Assembly: GCA_002497905.1 (NCBI GenBank)
Contig: DAFJ01000085.1
Coordinates: 15,993-79,992 of the forward strand
Origin: Euryarchaeota archaeon UBA251
Lineage (GTDB): Archaea > Thermoplasmatota > Poseidoniia > Poseidoniales > Thalassarchaeaceae
Length of the DNA stretch: 64,000 bases
Direction of reading: 5' to 3'
Each line of letters begins with the position of its first letter. Within the stretch, counting starts at the first letter, position 1. The notes below the pieces were generated by a model, which did no database searches, was not told the origin of the DNA, and worked only from the letters and a program-made list of their open reading frames with translations. Both the position numbers and the translations under genes were made by a program. Shown piece after piece: positions 30,456 to 40,681 of this stretch.

Positions 30456-30500
30456 GAATCAATGACCTCACAATCGGGCTATGGAGTTTCGTCCTCAACC

Positions 30501-31676
30501 TCATTGACGAAGGACGTTAAGCGCAATTGACTCTTCATCGGAGAGGCCTGTCATTCGTGGCCCTTCTTGACCTTTAGACCACTTCTTTCCAATGCTTTCA
30601 TCGAGGAAAGATTCGAGGAAGAGGGGATGGATGTAGGATGAACGGCAAACAGCACGAGTGTTTCCTAGATTTGATGCAACTGTGTCAACAACGGCAAGCA
30701 TCGCCTTATTCCTCGCAGTGTCTGAATCGAGGGGGATTCGTTCATCTTTATTCACGAGATTCTGGAGATTCTCATTTGCAGGTAATGTGTCAATGAAGTT
30801 CACAAGAACACTTCCTTCAGTGTCGTTATCGATAAAAGCGAGACGATACGCACATTTCCATGTCGCAGCCCATGTACGGAAATCCTTCGCTGTGTAAGAT
30901 TCTCCAGTTGCATCCTGGATGTATTGATTGATGTGTTCGGCCTTCAAATCGTTCTCGTTTCCTGTCTCTGGATTCACGAAGTGGAAAAGATCTGTGTCCT
31001 TACCTCTTGATCCCAACTTACGTGTTTCGAGAAGGAGATCAACGATATTGTCGTCCTCAATCAGAATCTCCCATGACTTACCGGACTTACCTGTAAATGA
31101 AAATACAGCATCATGTCTACCTTCGGCGTTCTCTCCTGTCTTCCTAACCATGTGACCATTACGGAGCGTGGTTAGACCGTAAGATTCGTTGGTTCGAGCA
31201 TATTCATCACTACCAACCCGGATGTTATAGAGGTCCATAAGGCGGACAACAAGAGCGCTGACCTTTTCGATATCCATAGAATCGCGCTTCAAATCACGAG
31301 TGATTTTCTTCCTTAATGCAGGGAGCGCTTCTGCAAATCCTGCGATACCTGCGAACTTCATTCTGGTCTTCATTGAAATCCAATCCGGATGATATCTGTA
31401 TTGGAGGCGCCCTTTGCCGTCGACACCAGTAGCTTGGATGTGTCCCCGATTATTGGGGCACACCCATACCTCTGTCCACGCTGGCGGAATGGTGAGTGCC
31501 TTGATTTCAGCAATTCTATCAGCGTCCTCCAACACCTTTCCATCGGCTGTTTTGAATGTCCAATCGATGGAGTCATCCTCTGTGGACGCTTTTTCACTCC
31601 GAGTAATTCCTGGAACCGTACGATCCGAACGGATAAGATTAGCCAGAGTCAATGCCTCATCCACACTCAGTTCCAC
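30501..31676 (-). CDS. DNA topoisomerase IB, bacterial/poxvirus-like
   Basis: IPPAWTEVW, GHIQATGVDGKGRLQYRYH, catalytic IRVG, FTGKSGK, KDFRTW, LGNT, CRSSYIHP. Confidence 0.92.
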   Translation of the reverse strand: MELSVDEALTLANLIRSDRTVPGITRSEKASTEDDSIDWTFKTADGKVLEDADRIAEIKALTIPPAWTEVWVCPNNRGHIQATGVDGKGRLQYRYHPDWISMKTRMKFAGIAGFAEALPALRKKITRDLKRDSMDIEKVSALVVRLMDLYNIRVGSDEYARTNESYGLTTLRNGHMVRKTGENAEGRHDAVFSFTGKSGKSWEILIEDDNIVDLLLETRKLGSRGKDTDLFHFVNPETGNENDLKAEHINQYIQDATGESYTAKDFRTWAATWKCAYRLAFIDNDTEGSVLVNFIDTLPANENLQNLVNKDERIPLDSDTARNKAMLAVVDTVASNLGNTRAVCRSSYIHPLFLESFLDESIGKKWSKGQEGPRMTGLSDEESIALNVLRQ

Positions 31677-31750
31677 AAATTCATTAGGTCATTTGTCGAT
31701 GCTTGAGGATTGCCCCCTATATTTCAGAATTTGAAACTTCAAGAGGTCTT

Positions 31751-33349
31751 TCAATCAAGGAACAAACCATTGTATTGTGAACCCATGTATGCACCCCACC
31801 CGATACGCGATGGTGTAGATGCATTGAGATCCATGCGTGTCAACGTCCATCCCTCGGTTTCACTCAGATATCCCGTAGTAGTCGTAGTAACCATCTCTAA
31901 ATCGCCATCCATATCGAGATCTGCAATCAACGGTGTTCCAATACTGAGATTCGTTCGGTTGTAGAGTGAAATGGAGTTCATACTACAAGTCTCGAGAACA
32001 CTAGCAGAATTGTAAGATAGAGCCCCACCTGCTCTCCATTCTTCAGCTCCTCGAACAAGGACAATGTCGTCTCTACCATTGGAATCAAGATCCACAGAAA
32101 GGGGACTTGTGAAGATTGTATGTTCTGTTGTCTCATTCCAAAGGATGTCGCCTGTAGCTCCATCCACAAGCGCATAGTAAGACGATGAATACTGGGGGAA
32201 AACTCCGATAACATAGTTGACGAATACATCGGGAACTGAATCAGAGGTGAAGTATCCTACCGTTGGCGAGGCCCAAGACTCTAGACCTGAAGCAGTTCCA
32301 TTTTCAACAACTTCATGCATATCAATGGCCCATGTGTGTGTGTAATTACGACCATCCACTAGAATCAATCGACCATCAAAAGAAGATACCACGATGTCTT
32401 GGATTCCATCAAGAGTAAGGTCTGCAATCACAGGAGGGGTCATGAAGCCCTTTTTCACGTTTGGAGTCGGCGCTACAATTTGAATCGAGGTACTAAGATC
32501 ACCTTGCATAATGGCATCTACACTTGTAGACCAGAGGCTTCCATCCCAAGTCTCACCACCTGTTCCATAGAGAACCTCGACGGCCATATCAGGATGAGGC
32601 GTGTAGAGTAATGGAGACATGTACGTTTCACGACCATCTGGAAGATCCGCGACGCCTAGGGGCTGTCCATCTGCCCCTGAAAGGATCATCAGGTACCCAT
32701 TATCTCTCTCATCGTCGGGTTCCTTCATCGGATCGCCGCCATTGGCCACTAACCAATCTGAGACTCCGTCATCATTGATGTCATCAATGAACTGTCCAGA
32801 GTAAAACTGGTACCACGCCTCACGAATTGTGGAAGTCTTATCGAAACTCCAAAGGATATCTCCGGTTGCACCATTCACTGCGAACATTTGCTGATCTCTT
32901 CCTCCAAGAGCAATGTCGTCGACATTGTCACCATTGAGATCTTCAAACTGCGCGGATGCGAACATCTCGCCATCCGTTTCCACTTCCCAAAGCAAGTTTC
33001 CAGAAGTGCCATCCACTGCGATAATCGAGCCGGAGTGTGACTCTTCCGCACCTGTCCCAACAACGATGTCAAGGACAGAATCTCCATTGAGATCTGTTGC
33101 ATGAGGGGAGGACATCATGCGATTATTTCCTACAGCGGTCCACCGAGTCTCAAACTCATCTGATGGCATCGTTTCTGCAGAGCATGGATGTGTGTCAGCA
33201 CAATCACTTCCAGGCGGGCATGGAGGCGAAGGGGGTAACGGGACATCGGCTACATTCCTATTCACGATTGGATCCACTGTGGTAGGTAGGCTAAGCATCA
33301 CTGCTACAGCTACAGCGAGGATAGCTACCCATGGAATCCATTTTCGCAT
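31751..33349 (-). CDS. Secreted FG-GAP/PQQ-repeat beta-propeller protein
   Basis: N-terminal signal/TM (MRKWIPWVAILAVAVAV), repeats of DLNGDxVxD and AVDGxxGxxLW. Start at ATG 33349. Confidence 0.8.
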   Translation of the reverse strand: MRKWIPWVAILAVAVAVMLSLPTTVDPIVNRNVADVPLPPSPPCPPGSDCADTHPCSAETMPSDEFETRWTAVGNNRMMSSPHATDLNGDSVLDIVVGTGAEESHSGSIIAVDGTSGNLLWEVETDGEMFASAQFEDLNGDNVDDIALGGRDQQMFAVNGATGDILWSFDKTSTIREAWYQFYSGQFIDDINDDGVSDWLVANGGDPMKEPDDERDNGYLMILSGADGQPLGVADLPDGRETYMSPLLYTPHPDMAVEVLYGTGGETWDGSLWSTSVDAIMQGDLSTSIQIVAPTPNVKKGFMTPPVIADLTLDGIQDIVVSSFDGRLILVDGRNYTHTWAIDMHEVVENGTASGLESWASPTVGYFTSDSVPDVFVNYVIGVFPQYSSSYYALVDGATGDILWNETTEHTIFTSPLSVDLDSNGRDDIVLVRGAEEWRAGGALSYNSASVLETCSMNSISLYNRTNLSIGTPLIADLDMDGDLEMVTTTTTGYLSETEGWTLTRMDLNASTPSRIGWGAYMGSQYNGLFLD

Positions 33350-33371
33350 ACTGCCACCACGCGCAGGGGAG

Positions 33372-33656
33372 TCACTTATCCTTGATGCTTGAAGGGATGC
33401 TTTCAGACCCACCTTGGAACCTTCTAAGGTGGCACCAGCGACCAATTTGGAAGCCAACGGTGTTTACCACAAGATCTGAAATTTTGTTCTCCCAAACCTC
33501 CTCTGTAAATTCGTATGGAAGGAAGATTTCCAGAATCTCCCAGCCAATCGATAGGAAAAGGAACAATGGCCAGCCAATCCTCGTTAAGAAGCCAAACCCA
33601 AACCATTGCAATAAATGGCCGACTGACCACATATTCAGTAAGGCCATATCAATCAA
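33372..33656 (-). CDS. Small membrane protein with H...WExxE...D motif
   Basis: WSVGH, IGWEILE, ENKISDLVVN; ATGA overlap with the cyclophilin gene. Confidence 0.6.
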   Translation of the reverse strand: MIDMALLNMWSVGHLLQWFGFGFLTRIGWPLFLFLSIGWEILEIFLPYEFTEEVWENKISDLVVNTVGFQIGRWCHLRRFQGGSESIPSSIKDK

Positions 33657-34213
33657 ATTACGAGAGTAATGGACTCGATTTGTTGAGGAGTTTGGGGCCG
33701 ATCACCGGGGCCAGTAGGAGTCGTTTCAATCGCTTTCACTACATCCATTCCTTCGATGACCTTTCCAAATACTGGATGAGCAGATGCGCCGCGCCCGAAC
33801 CAATCGAGGAAATCGTTGTGCTGAGTATTAATGAAGAATTGAGAGCCACCGCTGTTTGGCCTACCAGTATTTGCCATCGAGAGTGTACCAACCTCGTTAG
33901 AGAATTTTTGAGTAAGTTCATCGGGGATATTGCCACCACGGTCACGGACAATGGACTGGCCATCACTAGTTGTGTAAGTGCCTCCACCCTTTGGACCACC
34001 GGTTCCAGCCCGAGGGGAGTTTGGATCTGCGGAGTGAGGACAACCACCCTGCAGCATGAATCCCTGAATGACGCGATGGAAATGAAGGCCGTCGTAGTAG
34101 CCATCTAAGGCGAGAGCGAGAAAATTGCCTGCAGTCACCGGCATCGTATCCGTGAAGAGTTCGATCTTGATGTCGCCTGCACTCGTCTTCATCACTACGT
34201 TGGTTCCAGCCAT
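33653..34213 (-). CDS. Cyclophilin-type peptidyl-prolyl isomerase
   Basis: FHRVIQGFMLQGG, GTLSMAN, GSQFFIN, HPVFGKV. Confidence 0.95.
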   Translation of the reverse strand: MAGTNVVMKTSAGDIKIELFTDTMPVTAGNFLALALDGYYDGLHFHRVIQGFMLQGGCPHSADPNSPRAGTGGPKGGGTYTTSDGQSIVRDRGGNIPDELTQKFSNEVGTLSMANTGRPNSGGSQFFINTQHNDFLDWFGRGASAHPVFGKVIEGMDVVKAIETTPTGPGDRPQTPQQIESITLVI

Positions 34214-34250
34214 GGCTCAACCAGAGAGAGGTGGGATTTAGCCTCATGCA

Positions 34251-34838
34251 TCATGCTTGGATGTCGGAAAGGCGTAACAATGCATAGAGGGGGATTTCTG
34301 CATCTCTAAAGGCATCAGCACCGCCTTCCTCTCGATCAAGGATAGTGATACAACCAACTACCTTACAGCCGATTTCTGCCAATCTCTCACAGGCCTTTAG
34401 CGCAGAACCACCAGTAGTGGTGACATCCTCGAGGATGATGCATCGATCTCCCGCCTTCAGGGTCGAGCCCTCAATGCCTGGTGGATTGCCGGTCTTCCGA
34501 CCCCCTCTGCCCTTGGGCTCCTTCCGGATAATGAAGCCGCGAAGGACGCTACCTGCAGGGGCTTTGGCAATCACAATACCTGTCAGAGGAACTGCACCTA
34601 GTTCGAGGCCTCCCACTGCATCGATATCTCCGATGCTCTCGAGTGTATCATGGGTTAGAACCCCGAGAAGATGAGCGCACTCTGGATCACACATAACCGG
34701 TTTCATATCGAAGAAATGAGGTGAAATACGACCAGATGCAAGAGTAAAGGGGTTTTCCGGCTGATACAGGTAAGCGAGATTTCGAACTCGTTCTATGAGA
34801 AGGGCACGGGCCTCTGTAGGAGTCGTCGGAGTCGCCAT
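34251..34838 (-). CDS. pyrE: Orotate phosphoribosyltransferase
   Basis: FTLASG, IRKEPKG, ILEDVTTTGGS PRPP motif. Start at ATG 34838. Confidence 0.93.
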   Translation of the reverse strand: MATPTTPTEARALLIERVRNLAYLYQPENPFTLASGRISPHFFDMKPVMCDPECAHLLGVLTHDTLESIGDIDAVGGLELGAVPLTGIVIAKAPAGSVLRGFIIRKEPKGRGGRKTGNPPGIEGSTLKAGDRCIILEDVTTTGGSALKACERLAEIGCKVVGCITILDREEGGADAFRDAEIPLYALLRLSDIQA

Positions 34839-34935
34839 TGGTTGTAGGCAACGACGACGAAGCATGAAGGTTGTCAGTCCTAGCGATTTGTTCAAAGAGC
34901 GTCATTCTTCAGTACCGTTTCCGAGGTGGCATCGA

Positions 34936-37900
34936 ATGGCGAACCAAACGATGTCTGCCATCGATGAAAAGCGCCTCTCTGCTGAGATGGAACGTTACCA
35001 TCAGGCGCTAGATGAGGAGACGGAGCGACTCTACGGGGTTGCTGCCAAAGCGCGTGCAAAAGGACTCGACATGTCTACTGAAGTCGAAATCCCCCGTGCA
35101 GAGGATCTCGCTGATAGAACGGAGAAGCTCCTCGCCGAATATCTCGATGGTCTTGAGGTCGCCGAGGATATTCGCGAGATGCTCAAGGTAGAGGATAGAG
35201 AGATTACGGCAATCAAAATTGGGCAGGATGTTGCTCGAAAAATGATGGAACGAACTGGGGATCAAATCAAGGCGATAGATGCAGGATTGAGGACTGGGCT
35301 TGCCATTCTAACTGAAGCAATCTTAGTTGCACCTCTGGAAGGAATTGGTCAGGTGAGACTGCTCAGCAATACAGACGGAACCACTTTCTTATCCATTGAT
35401 TTCTGTGGTCCAATTCGTGCTGCTGGCGGCACCGCACAAGCGATGGCGGTCCTAATTGGGGATATGATTCGATCTGAGCTAGGTATAGCGAAGTATGACC
35501 CGACTGGTCCCGAAGTAGAACGTGTCAAAGAGGAATTTGGCCTCTATCGCGGGGGTTTGCAATACAGACCAACACCCGAAGAAATTGACGTAATTGTCAG
35601 GGCTTGTCCAGTGATGATTAATGGTGAATCTACCGAGGAACAGGAATGTGCTGGATATCGTGAAGTGCGAAATATCGATGATGGGCGTGTGCGAGGTGGC
35701 GTATTACTCGTGATTGGTGAAGGGCTCTGTCTCAAAGCACCGAAGATTCAGAAGCACGTAGAGCGATTGGAGATTCCTGGTTGGTCCTTCATTAGTGATT
35801 TTGCAAATCGTGGAAAGAGCGACGGTGAGCCTGATGAGGGGAAGTTCGTATCAAGGAAAATCCCCATCGATAAGCGATTCTTGAAGGATATCATTGCAGG
35901 ACGTCCGGTCTTTGGAATGCCAAATCGACCTGGTGGATTCCGTCTACGCTACGGCCGCCCAAGAGCTTCAGGTCTTGCTGCCGCAGGAATGAATCCAGCA
36001 TCCATGAGGGCAATGGGTGAATTTCTCTCCGTCGGAACTCAAATGAAAATCGAACGTCCGGGGAAGGCCTGTGCTATCACACCAACAGATGAGATCGATG
36101 GCCCATCTGTTCTACTCGAAGATGGAACGTTTCGACGAATTCAGACTGAAGAGGAATGGTTGCAAATAGAATCTAAGGTCCGTGCAATCTGGGATAATGG
36201 AGAACTAATGCTTGGTTTTGGAGAGTTCCTTGAGAATAACAAGAGGCTCGTTCCAGCCTCCTATACCACGGATTGGTGGGCAAGTGAGTTACTTGATTCG
36301 ATAAAAAATCAAGAGGATCTAGAATTCGTAACCAAACATCTCGAATCAGATGATTTACCCAACACTGAGCCACCTGGTATCCTGCGACGTCGGCTCAGAA
36401 GTAAGGAGCATCGATTAGAAAATGAATGGGCGCTACGCGACTGGCACCGATTCCTCAGAAAAGTAAGTCCTAGTTGGGAGGTAGCTATTGCCTGCAGCGA
36501 ACGATTCGGAATAGCCATCCATCCCAATCATAACCTATGTTGGTCCGACATACCAATCGCCTTACTTCCACATATTCACGATAGTATAGGCGGTGCGCAA
36601 GTTGAAGGAAATTCACTCCGAATCCCAGATGCTGCCAAAGGATGGACTCCTCCGAGTGTGAAGATTGATTCCGTGACAAACACAGACGAATCCGTTCAAC
36701 GTGAAAGGCAACTGAAGAGACGAGTAAAGAAGAAAGACAGCGCAGATTCATCGAAAAGTGTCTGGATGATTCCCGATCATCCGACAGGAGAATGGGACAG
36801 CCATCTCTCTTTGTCTGAGCACGGCGTCGTGAAGGCTAGTCTAATGGCACTAGGTATCGAACATGTTCACAATGAAGACGACATTGTCATCGAAAATGGA
36901 TGGCGGGCCCTGTTACACGGACTAGGATTTGAATCAGAAAAATCGGGTCTAACACTCCGAAAAGATGTACAAAACACAATCGAGATGCGAATCCAACAAT
37001 CCATCGAATCGCATTCCGTTGTGAAGAAAGAAGATGCACGTACAACGGCTCTTGAAGATGAACGTAGAATCGCACGGATTGCAGCAGAAACCGCAGCCCG
37101 GCAACGTGGAGAAGGAATCGCTGCGACTGAGGCTGCTGGAAAAATTGCTGAAGAAAAAATCGTGAATTCAGGACCTGAAGATCAGAAGGCGCTCAATGCT
37201 GCTAAACAGATTCTTGATGACAATGATGTCGATGGTTCCTTGGCTATCGTCAGAGAAATCACTGGCAACCGATGGGAAGATGCTGCGCCTTGTCGAGTTG
37301 GGTGTAGGATGGGGCGACCAGAAAAATCAGCACCGCGAGAGATGAAACAAAGAGCGCACGCACTCTATCCAATCATGAACTTCGGCGGACCTCAACGCCT
37401 CCTTGAGACCGCTGTATCTCGTGAAGGCAGTATTCGAGTCACTGTTGGGCCGCGACGTTGCTTGCGTTGTGACAAGGAAACTCCGCACGTACGTTGTCAC
37501 CACCGAGTCATACCCTCAGAACCGAAGGAATGTGGTGGTAGGACTACACCCGCTGAGAGGCGCGGATCACAAATGAGAAACCGTCAAGGAGAGTTGACAA
37601 CAATCCCCCTCGCCGATATTCTTGAAGTGAAGAGAATCGCACTTGGACTCGATCGCCTACCAACCGGAATCAAAGCGATGAAGGGACTGACTTCTCGGGC
37701 TCAGACACCTGAGCCAATTGAAAAGGGGATTCTACGAGCCGCCCACGATATCACTGCATTCAAGGACGGTACAGTCCGCTACGATATGATCGATGTTCCA
37801 GTCACACATTTCCGGCCCAGAGAAATTGGCACGTCTGTCGAGCAATTGATCAAGATGGGATATACACACGATGTGAGAGGTAACGAACTGGTTGCTGATA

Positions 37901-38988
37901 ATCAAATTCTTGAGCTCTACCCCCAGGACTTCATCCCCAGTCGAGATGGTGGAGAACATCTACTGAAGGCTAGTCAGTTCATCGATGATCTACTCATTCG
38001 ATATTATGGACTAGAACCGATATACAATGCCAAGGCAATTGATGATCTCGTTGGACATTTGGGAATTGCTCTGGCACCACACACCTCTGGTGGCGTCCTC
38101 TGTCGCCTAATCGGATGGACGGATGCTTCTGCAGGCTATGCTCACACGCTCTTCCATGCTGCTAAACGCCGGAATTGCGATGGAGATGAAGATTGCATTA
38201 TGCTGCTTCTGGACGGGCTGTTGAACTTCAGCAGGAAGATTCTGCCCTCATCAAGGGGTGGGCAGATGGATGCGCCGCTGACTCTGACAACACGACTTAA
38301 CCCGATGGAACTCGACAAGGAGGCTCTGCACGTGGATGCGGGGTGGTCCTATTCTACTGAATTCTTTGAAGCAACAAAATCAATGCCTCATCCAAAGGAT
38401 TTGCTCGGGAAGGTGGATCTTGTCCTCTCCCGAATCGGAGATATCGGTGCAGTCCGTGGTTACGGCTACACTCACGAGGCATCATCACTGGATGATGGAC
38501 CTGTGAACTCGGCATACAAGACGTTAGGCAGTATGGCGGACAAGATGAGTGCTCAACTATCCCTTGGCCGTCGACTCCGGGGCGTTGACGCCCAAATCGT
38601 TGCTTCTTCAGTCATTGGCTCCCATTTACTCCCAGATGTACGTGGTAATCTCAATGCATTCAGTCGCCAAAAGGTTCGATGTGGGAGTTGCAATCATTCC
38701 TATCGCCGTATGCCCCTAGCTGGTAAGTGTATCCAGATGATTGATTCCATAGGTGGTTTGCATGGTCACCGATCTTCCGGAGGAGAACAAAGCCGTTGTG
38801 GAGGGAACCTTATCCTCACTGTCTCCCAAGGTGCAGTACGGAAGTACCTGGGTGTAATCGATCACGTGATTGACAGCTTTGGAATTGACGACTACACTCA
38901 GCAGTATGTCGATTGGATGGCAGTCAGTGTAGAATCTCTCTTCCAGAACGACCGTGTGACGGTATTCACACTAGATGACTTCCTCTGA
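34936..38988 (+). CDS. polC: DNA polymerase II (PolD) large subunit DP2
   Basis: GPIRAAGGT, GGFRLRYGR, RMGRPEK, FKDGTVRYD, LAPHTS, HAAKRRNCDGDED, zinc fingers, C-terminal TLDDFL. GAGGTG SD before ATG 34936. Confidence 0.97.
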   Translation: MANQTMSAIDEKRLSAEMERYHQALDEETERLYGVAAKARAKGLDMSTEVEIPRAEDLADRTEKLLAEYLDGLEVAEDIREMLKVEDREITAIKIGQDVARKMMERTGDQIKAIDAGLRTGLAILTEAILVAPLEGIGQVRLLSNTDGTTFLSIDFCGPIRAAGGTAQAMAVLIGDMIRSELGIAKYDPTGPEVERVKEEFGLYRGGLQYRPTPEEIDVIVRACPVMINGESTEEQECAGYREVRNIDDGRVRGGVLLVIGEGLCLKAPKIQKHVERLEIPGWSFISDFANRGKSDGEPDEGKFVSRKIPIDKRFLKDIIAGRPVFGMPNRPGGFRLRYGRPRASGLAAAGMNPASMRAMGEFLSVGTQMKIERPGKACAITPTDEIDGPSVLLEDGTFRRIQTEEEWLQIESKVRAIWDNGELMLGFGEFLENNKRLVPASYTTDWWASELLDSIKNQEDLEFVTKHLESDDLPNTEPPGILRRRLRSKEHRLENEWALRDWHRFLRKVSPSWEVAIACSERFGIAIHPNHNLCWSDIPIALLPHIHDSIGGAQVEGNSLRIPDAAKGWTPPSVKIDSVTNTDESVQRERQLKRRVKKKDSADSSKSVWMIPDHPTGEWDSHLSLSEHGVVKASLMALGIEHVHNEDDIVIENGWRALLHGLGFESEKSGLTLRKDVQNTIEMRIQQSIESHSVVKKEDARTTALEDERRIARIAAETAARQRGEGIAATEAAGKIAEEKIVNSGPEDQKALNAAKQILDDNDVDGSLAIVREITGNRWEDAAPCRVGCRMGRPEKSAPREMKQRAHALYPIMNFGGPQRLLETAVSREGSIRVTVGPRRCLRCDKETPHVRCHHRVIPSEPKECGGRTTPAERRGSQMRNRQGELTTIPLADILEVKRIALGLDRLPTGIKAMKGLTSRAQTPEPIEKGILRAAHDITAFKDGTVRYDMIDVPVTHFRPREIGTSVEQLIKMGYTHDVRGNELVADNQILELYPQDFIPSRDGGEHLLKASQFIDDLLIRYYGLEPIYNAKAIDDLVGHLGIALAPHTSGGVLCRLIGWTDASAGYAHTLFHAAKRRNCDGDEDCIMLLLDGLLNFSRKILPSSRGGQMDAPLTLTTRLNPMELDKEALHVDAGWSYSTEFFEATKSMPHPKDLLGKVDLVLSRIGDIGAVRGYGYTHEASSLDDGPVNSAYKTLGSMADKMSAQLSLGRRLRGVDAQIVASSVIGSHLLPDVRGNLNAFSRQKVRCGSCNHSYRRMPLAGKCIQMIDSIGGLHGHRSSGGEQSRCGGNLILTVSQGAVRKYLGVIDHVIDSFGIDDYTQQYVDWMAVSVESLFQNDRVTVFTLDDFL

Positions 38989-39876
38989 TTAACGACGTTT
39001 CTTGCCATCGTCATTCATTCGATCCCAAAGGTCACTCACTGTCTTCAGATCCTCATCAATCTCCGCCTTGCCCTGAAGACGGCTCTCGTCACCTTCACCG
39101 AGGGCATCGAGCTCGTCGGCAATTGCTTCTGCATCTTCAATATCCTGATCACCCTTCTCATGCTCGGACTCATCTACATCCTTTGCCTCTAGTGACCACG
39201 CACGCCTCTTCCCGATGCTGCTAGTTTGAGTAGAGGCTGCCAACGATGATGTTAGATCTTCAACATCCACAGCATCACCTCCACTCAGCGCCTGTTTAGT
39301 TGCCTTCCAATCCTCATGCAACTTCCGCATCATTGGATTGGAACGCTTCCTTCGCCTCGATTTGAGCCAACCTCGAATCGCCCGATCTGAGATAAGAAGT
39401 GTAAGAGCGAGAATGTTTACGGCGATATATCCCTCTACCTGAATAGGACCGTAAAGATCCATCTCGGTCTCTAAATCGATAACAACATGCTGCTTAGGGA
39501 TTGATATTTGGCCTGTGCTATTGGACACAATTAGAATGAACATCGAGGGACCTGGCGACATTGTAATCCAGCGTTCGTCACTCCCTTCTGAGGAAGAGGA
39601 ATAGAGAGTTGTACGTTCACCATTCGAATCCTCAAGCATCAAGACAACATCGGTGTCGGCTGCACCTTCTACTGGCTCAACAGTGAACATGACATGCAGG
39701 GGAATGTCCCTGCCATGTAGGTCGGGCATCGTGAATGGATAATCCTGAACGATATCGCTTCCAGGTGCGATGATATGTTGGTCCGCTGTCGCTTGTAATG
39801 CCCCAGTCCATATCAGATTCAGTAAGACGAAAGTGATGATGGCAGTCGCCGCGGAACGAGTTTTGTTTTCAGTCAT
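38989..39876 (-). CDS. Hypothetical membrane protein (two TM, acidic tail)
   Basis: Starts MTENKT at 39876 overlapping the mptE stop; N-terminal signal/TM, second TM, charged C-tail. Confidence 0.65.
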   Translation of the reverse strand: MTENKTRSAATAIITFVLLNLIWTGALQATADQHIIAPGSDIVQDYPFTMPDLHGRDIPLHVMFTVEPVEGAADTDVVLMLEDSNGERTTLYSSSSEGSDERWITMSPGPSMFILIVSNSTGQISIPKQHVVIDLETEMDLYGPIQVEGYIAVNILALTLLISDRAIRGWLKSRRRKRSNPMMRKLHEDWKATKQALSGGDAVDVEDLTSSLAASTQTSSIGKRRAWSLEAKDVDESEHEKGDQDIEDAEAIADELDALGEGDESRLQGKAEIDEDLKTVSDLWDRMNDDGKKRR

Positions 39877-40622
39877 AACTCTCCCCCTACACCCAATCCA
39901 TCGAGAACCTCCTGCATGAATGTGAGTTTTCGCATCTTGCGTATAGGGTCGGTAGTGCCGGTCCATCGACCAATCTCAGAAGTGGTGTAACCAATGAGAC
40001 GTATGTTGGCAATCGGTACTCCAAGAAAGGCACACAAACATACTGCCCTATCGCCATCAGTAAAACCACCTGGATTGAGCATGCCATCGATTCGATCCGG
40101 TGTCTGATGGGTGAGAAGAATTGCTGGTGGTGTTTCAAGCGCGACCAAGCGATCAAGCATCGCAATCAGTGATTCCTCATTATCACCATGAGCATGAATA
40201 GCATGCAATACTCCTCGTTGAGCAGCTTCGGCGATGTGTGGGTCACCATCACCATCGCTAACAAGAAGCAACGTGTTGGACCACGCCTCATCCTGGGATT
40301 TCTCAGACAGTTCACCAATCACCCCAATAGAGCCATCAGCGAATACCAAGCGATAGCCTTCAGACAAGGCGAGTTCGATTTCTTGAGGTTCAGCAGCTGC
40401 ACCGACTGTGGCAATTGGTCCATCCTCAAGCCTATCAATCAGGGATTCGAGTGTTTCTTCACGACCAGAAACGGTCCACATCTCTCGATTTGAGGATTCC
40501 GTATTGACTCGTTGACAGAGAAGATTAGCCACATGAATATCCTGGTGCAACGACCAATCAAACTGGGCCCGAACACGGTCTTGAACGCGCATAGCGATAG
40601 CCCTGACCTCATGAGGACCCAT
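39873..40622 (-). CDS. mptE: 6-hydroxymethyl-7,8-dihydropterin pyrophosphokinase MptE-like (DUF115)
   Basis: ADG, VSDGDG, HAHGDN, NPGGFTDGDRAV, KMRKL. Lies next to priL as is usual in Euryarchaeota. Confidence 0.82.
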   Translation of the reverse strand: MGPHEVRAIAMRVQDRVRAQFDWSLHQDIHVANLLCQRVNTESSNREMWTVSGREETLESLIDRLEDGPIATVGAAAEPQEIELALSEGYRLVFADGSIGVIGELSEKSQDEAWSNTLLLVSDGDGDPHIAEAAQRGVLHAIHAHGDNEESLIAMLDRLVALETPPAILLTHQTPDRIDGMLNPGGFTDGDRAVCLCAFLGVPIANIRLIGYTTSEIGRWTGTTDPIRKMRKLTFMQEVLDGLGVGGEL

Positions 40623-40681
40623 GTCCGGTCTTGACCGGTCGCGTTGAAGAACCCCAGTGTTCAATCATAGAGTGAATCCGG

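Noticed and set aside
30501-31676. Tyrosine recombinase/integrase marking a mobile element
   Set aside because: The motifs (IPPAW, GRLQYRY, KDFRTW, SYIHP) are Topo IB-specific and no att sites or cargo are evident.
38150-38200. Intein in DP2
   Set aside because: HAAKRRNCDGDED is continuous; no intein C...HN splice motifs or LAGLIDADG blocks.
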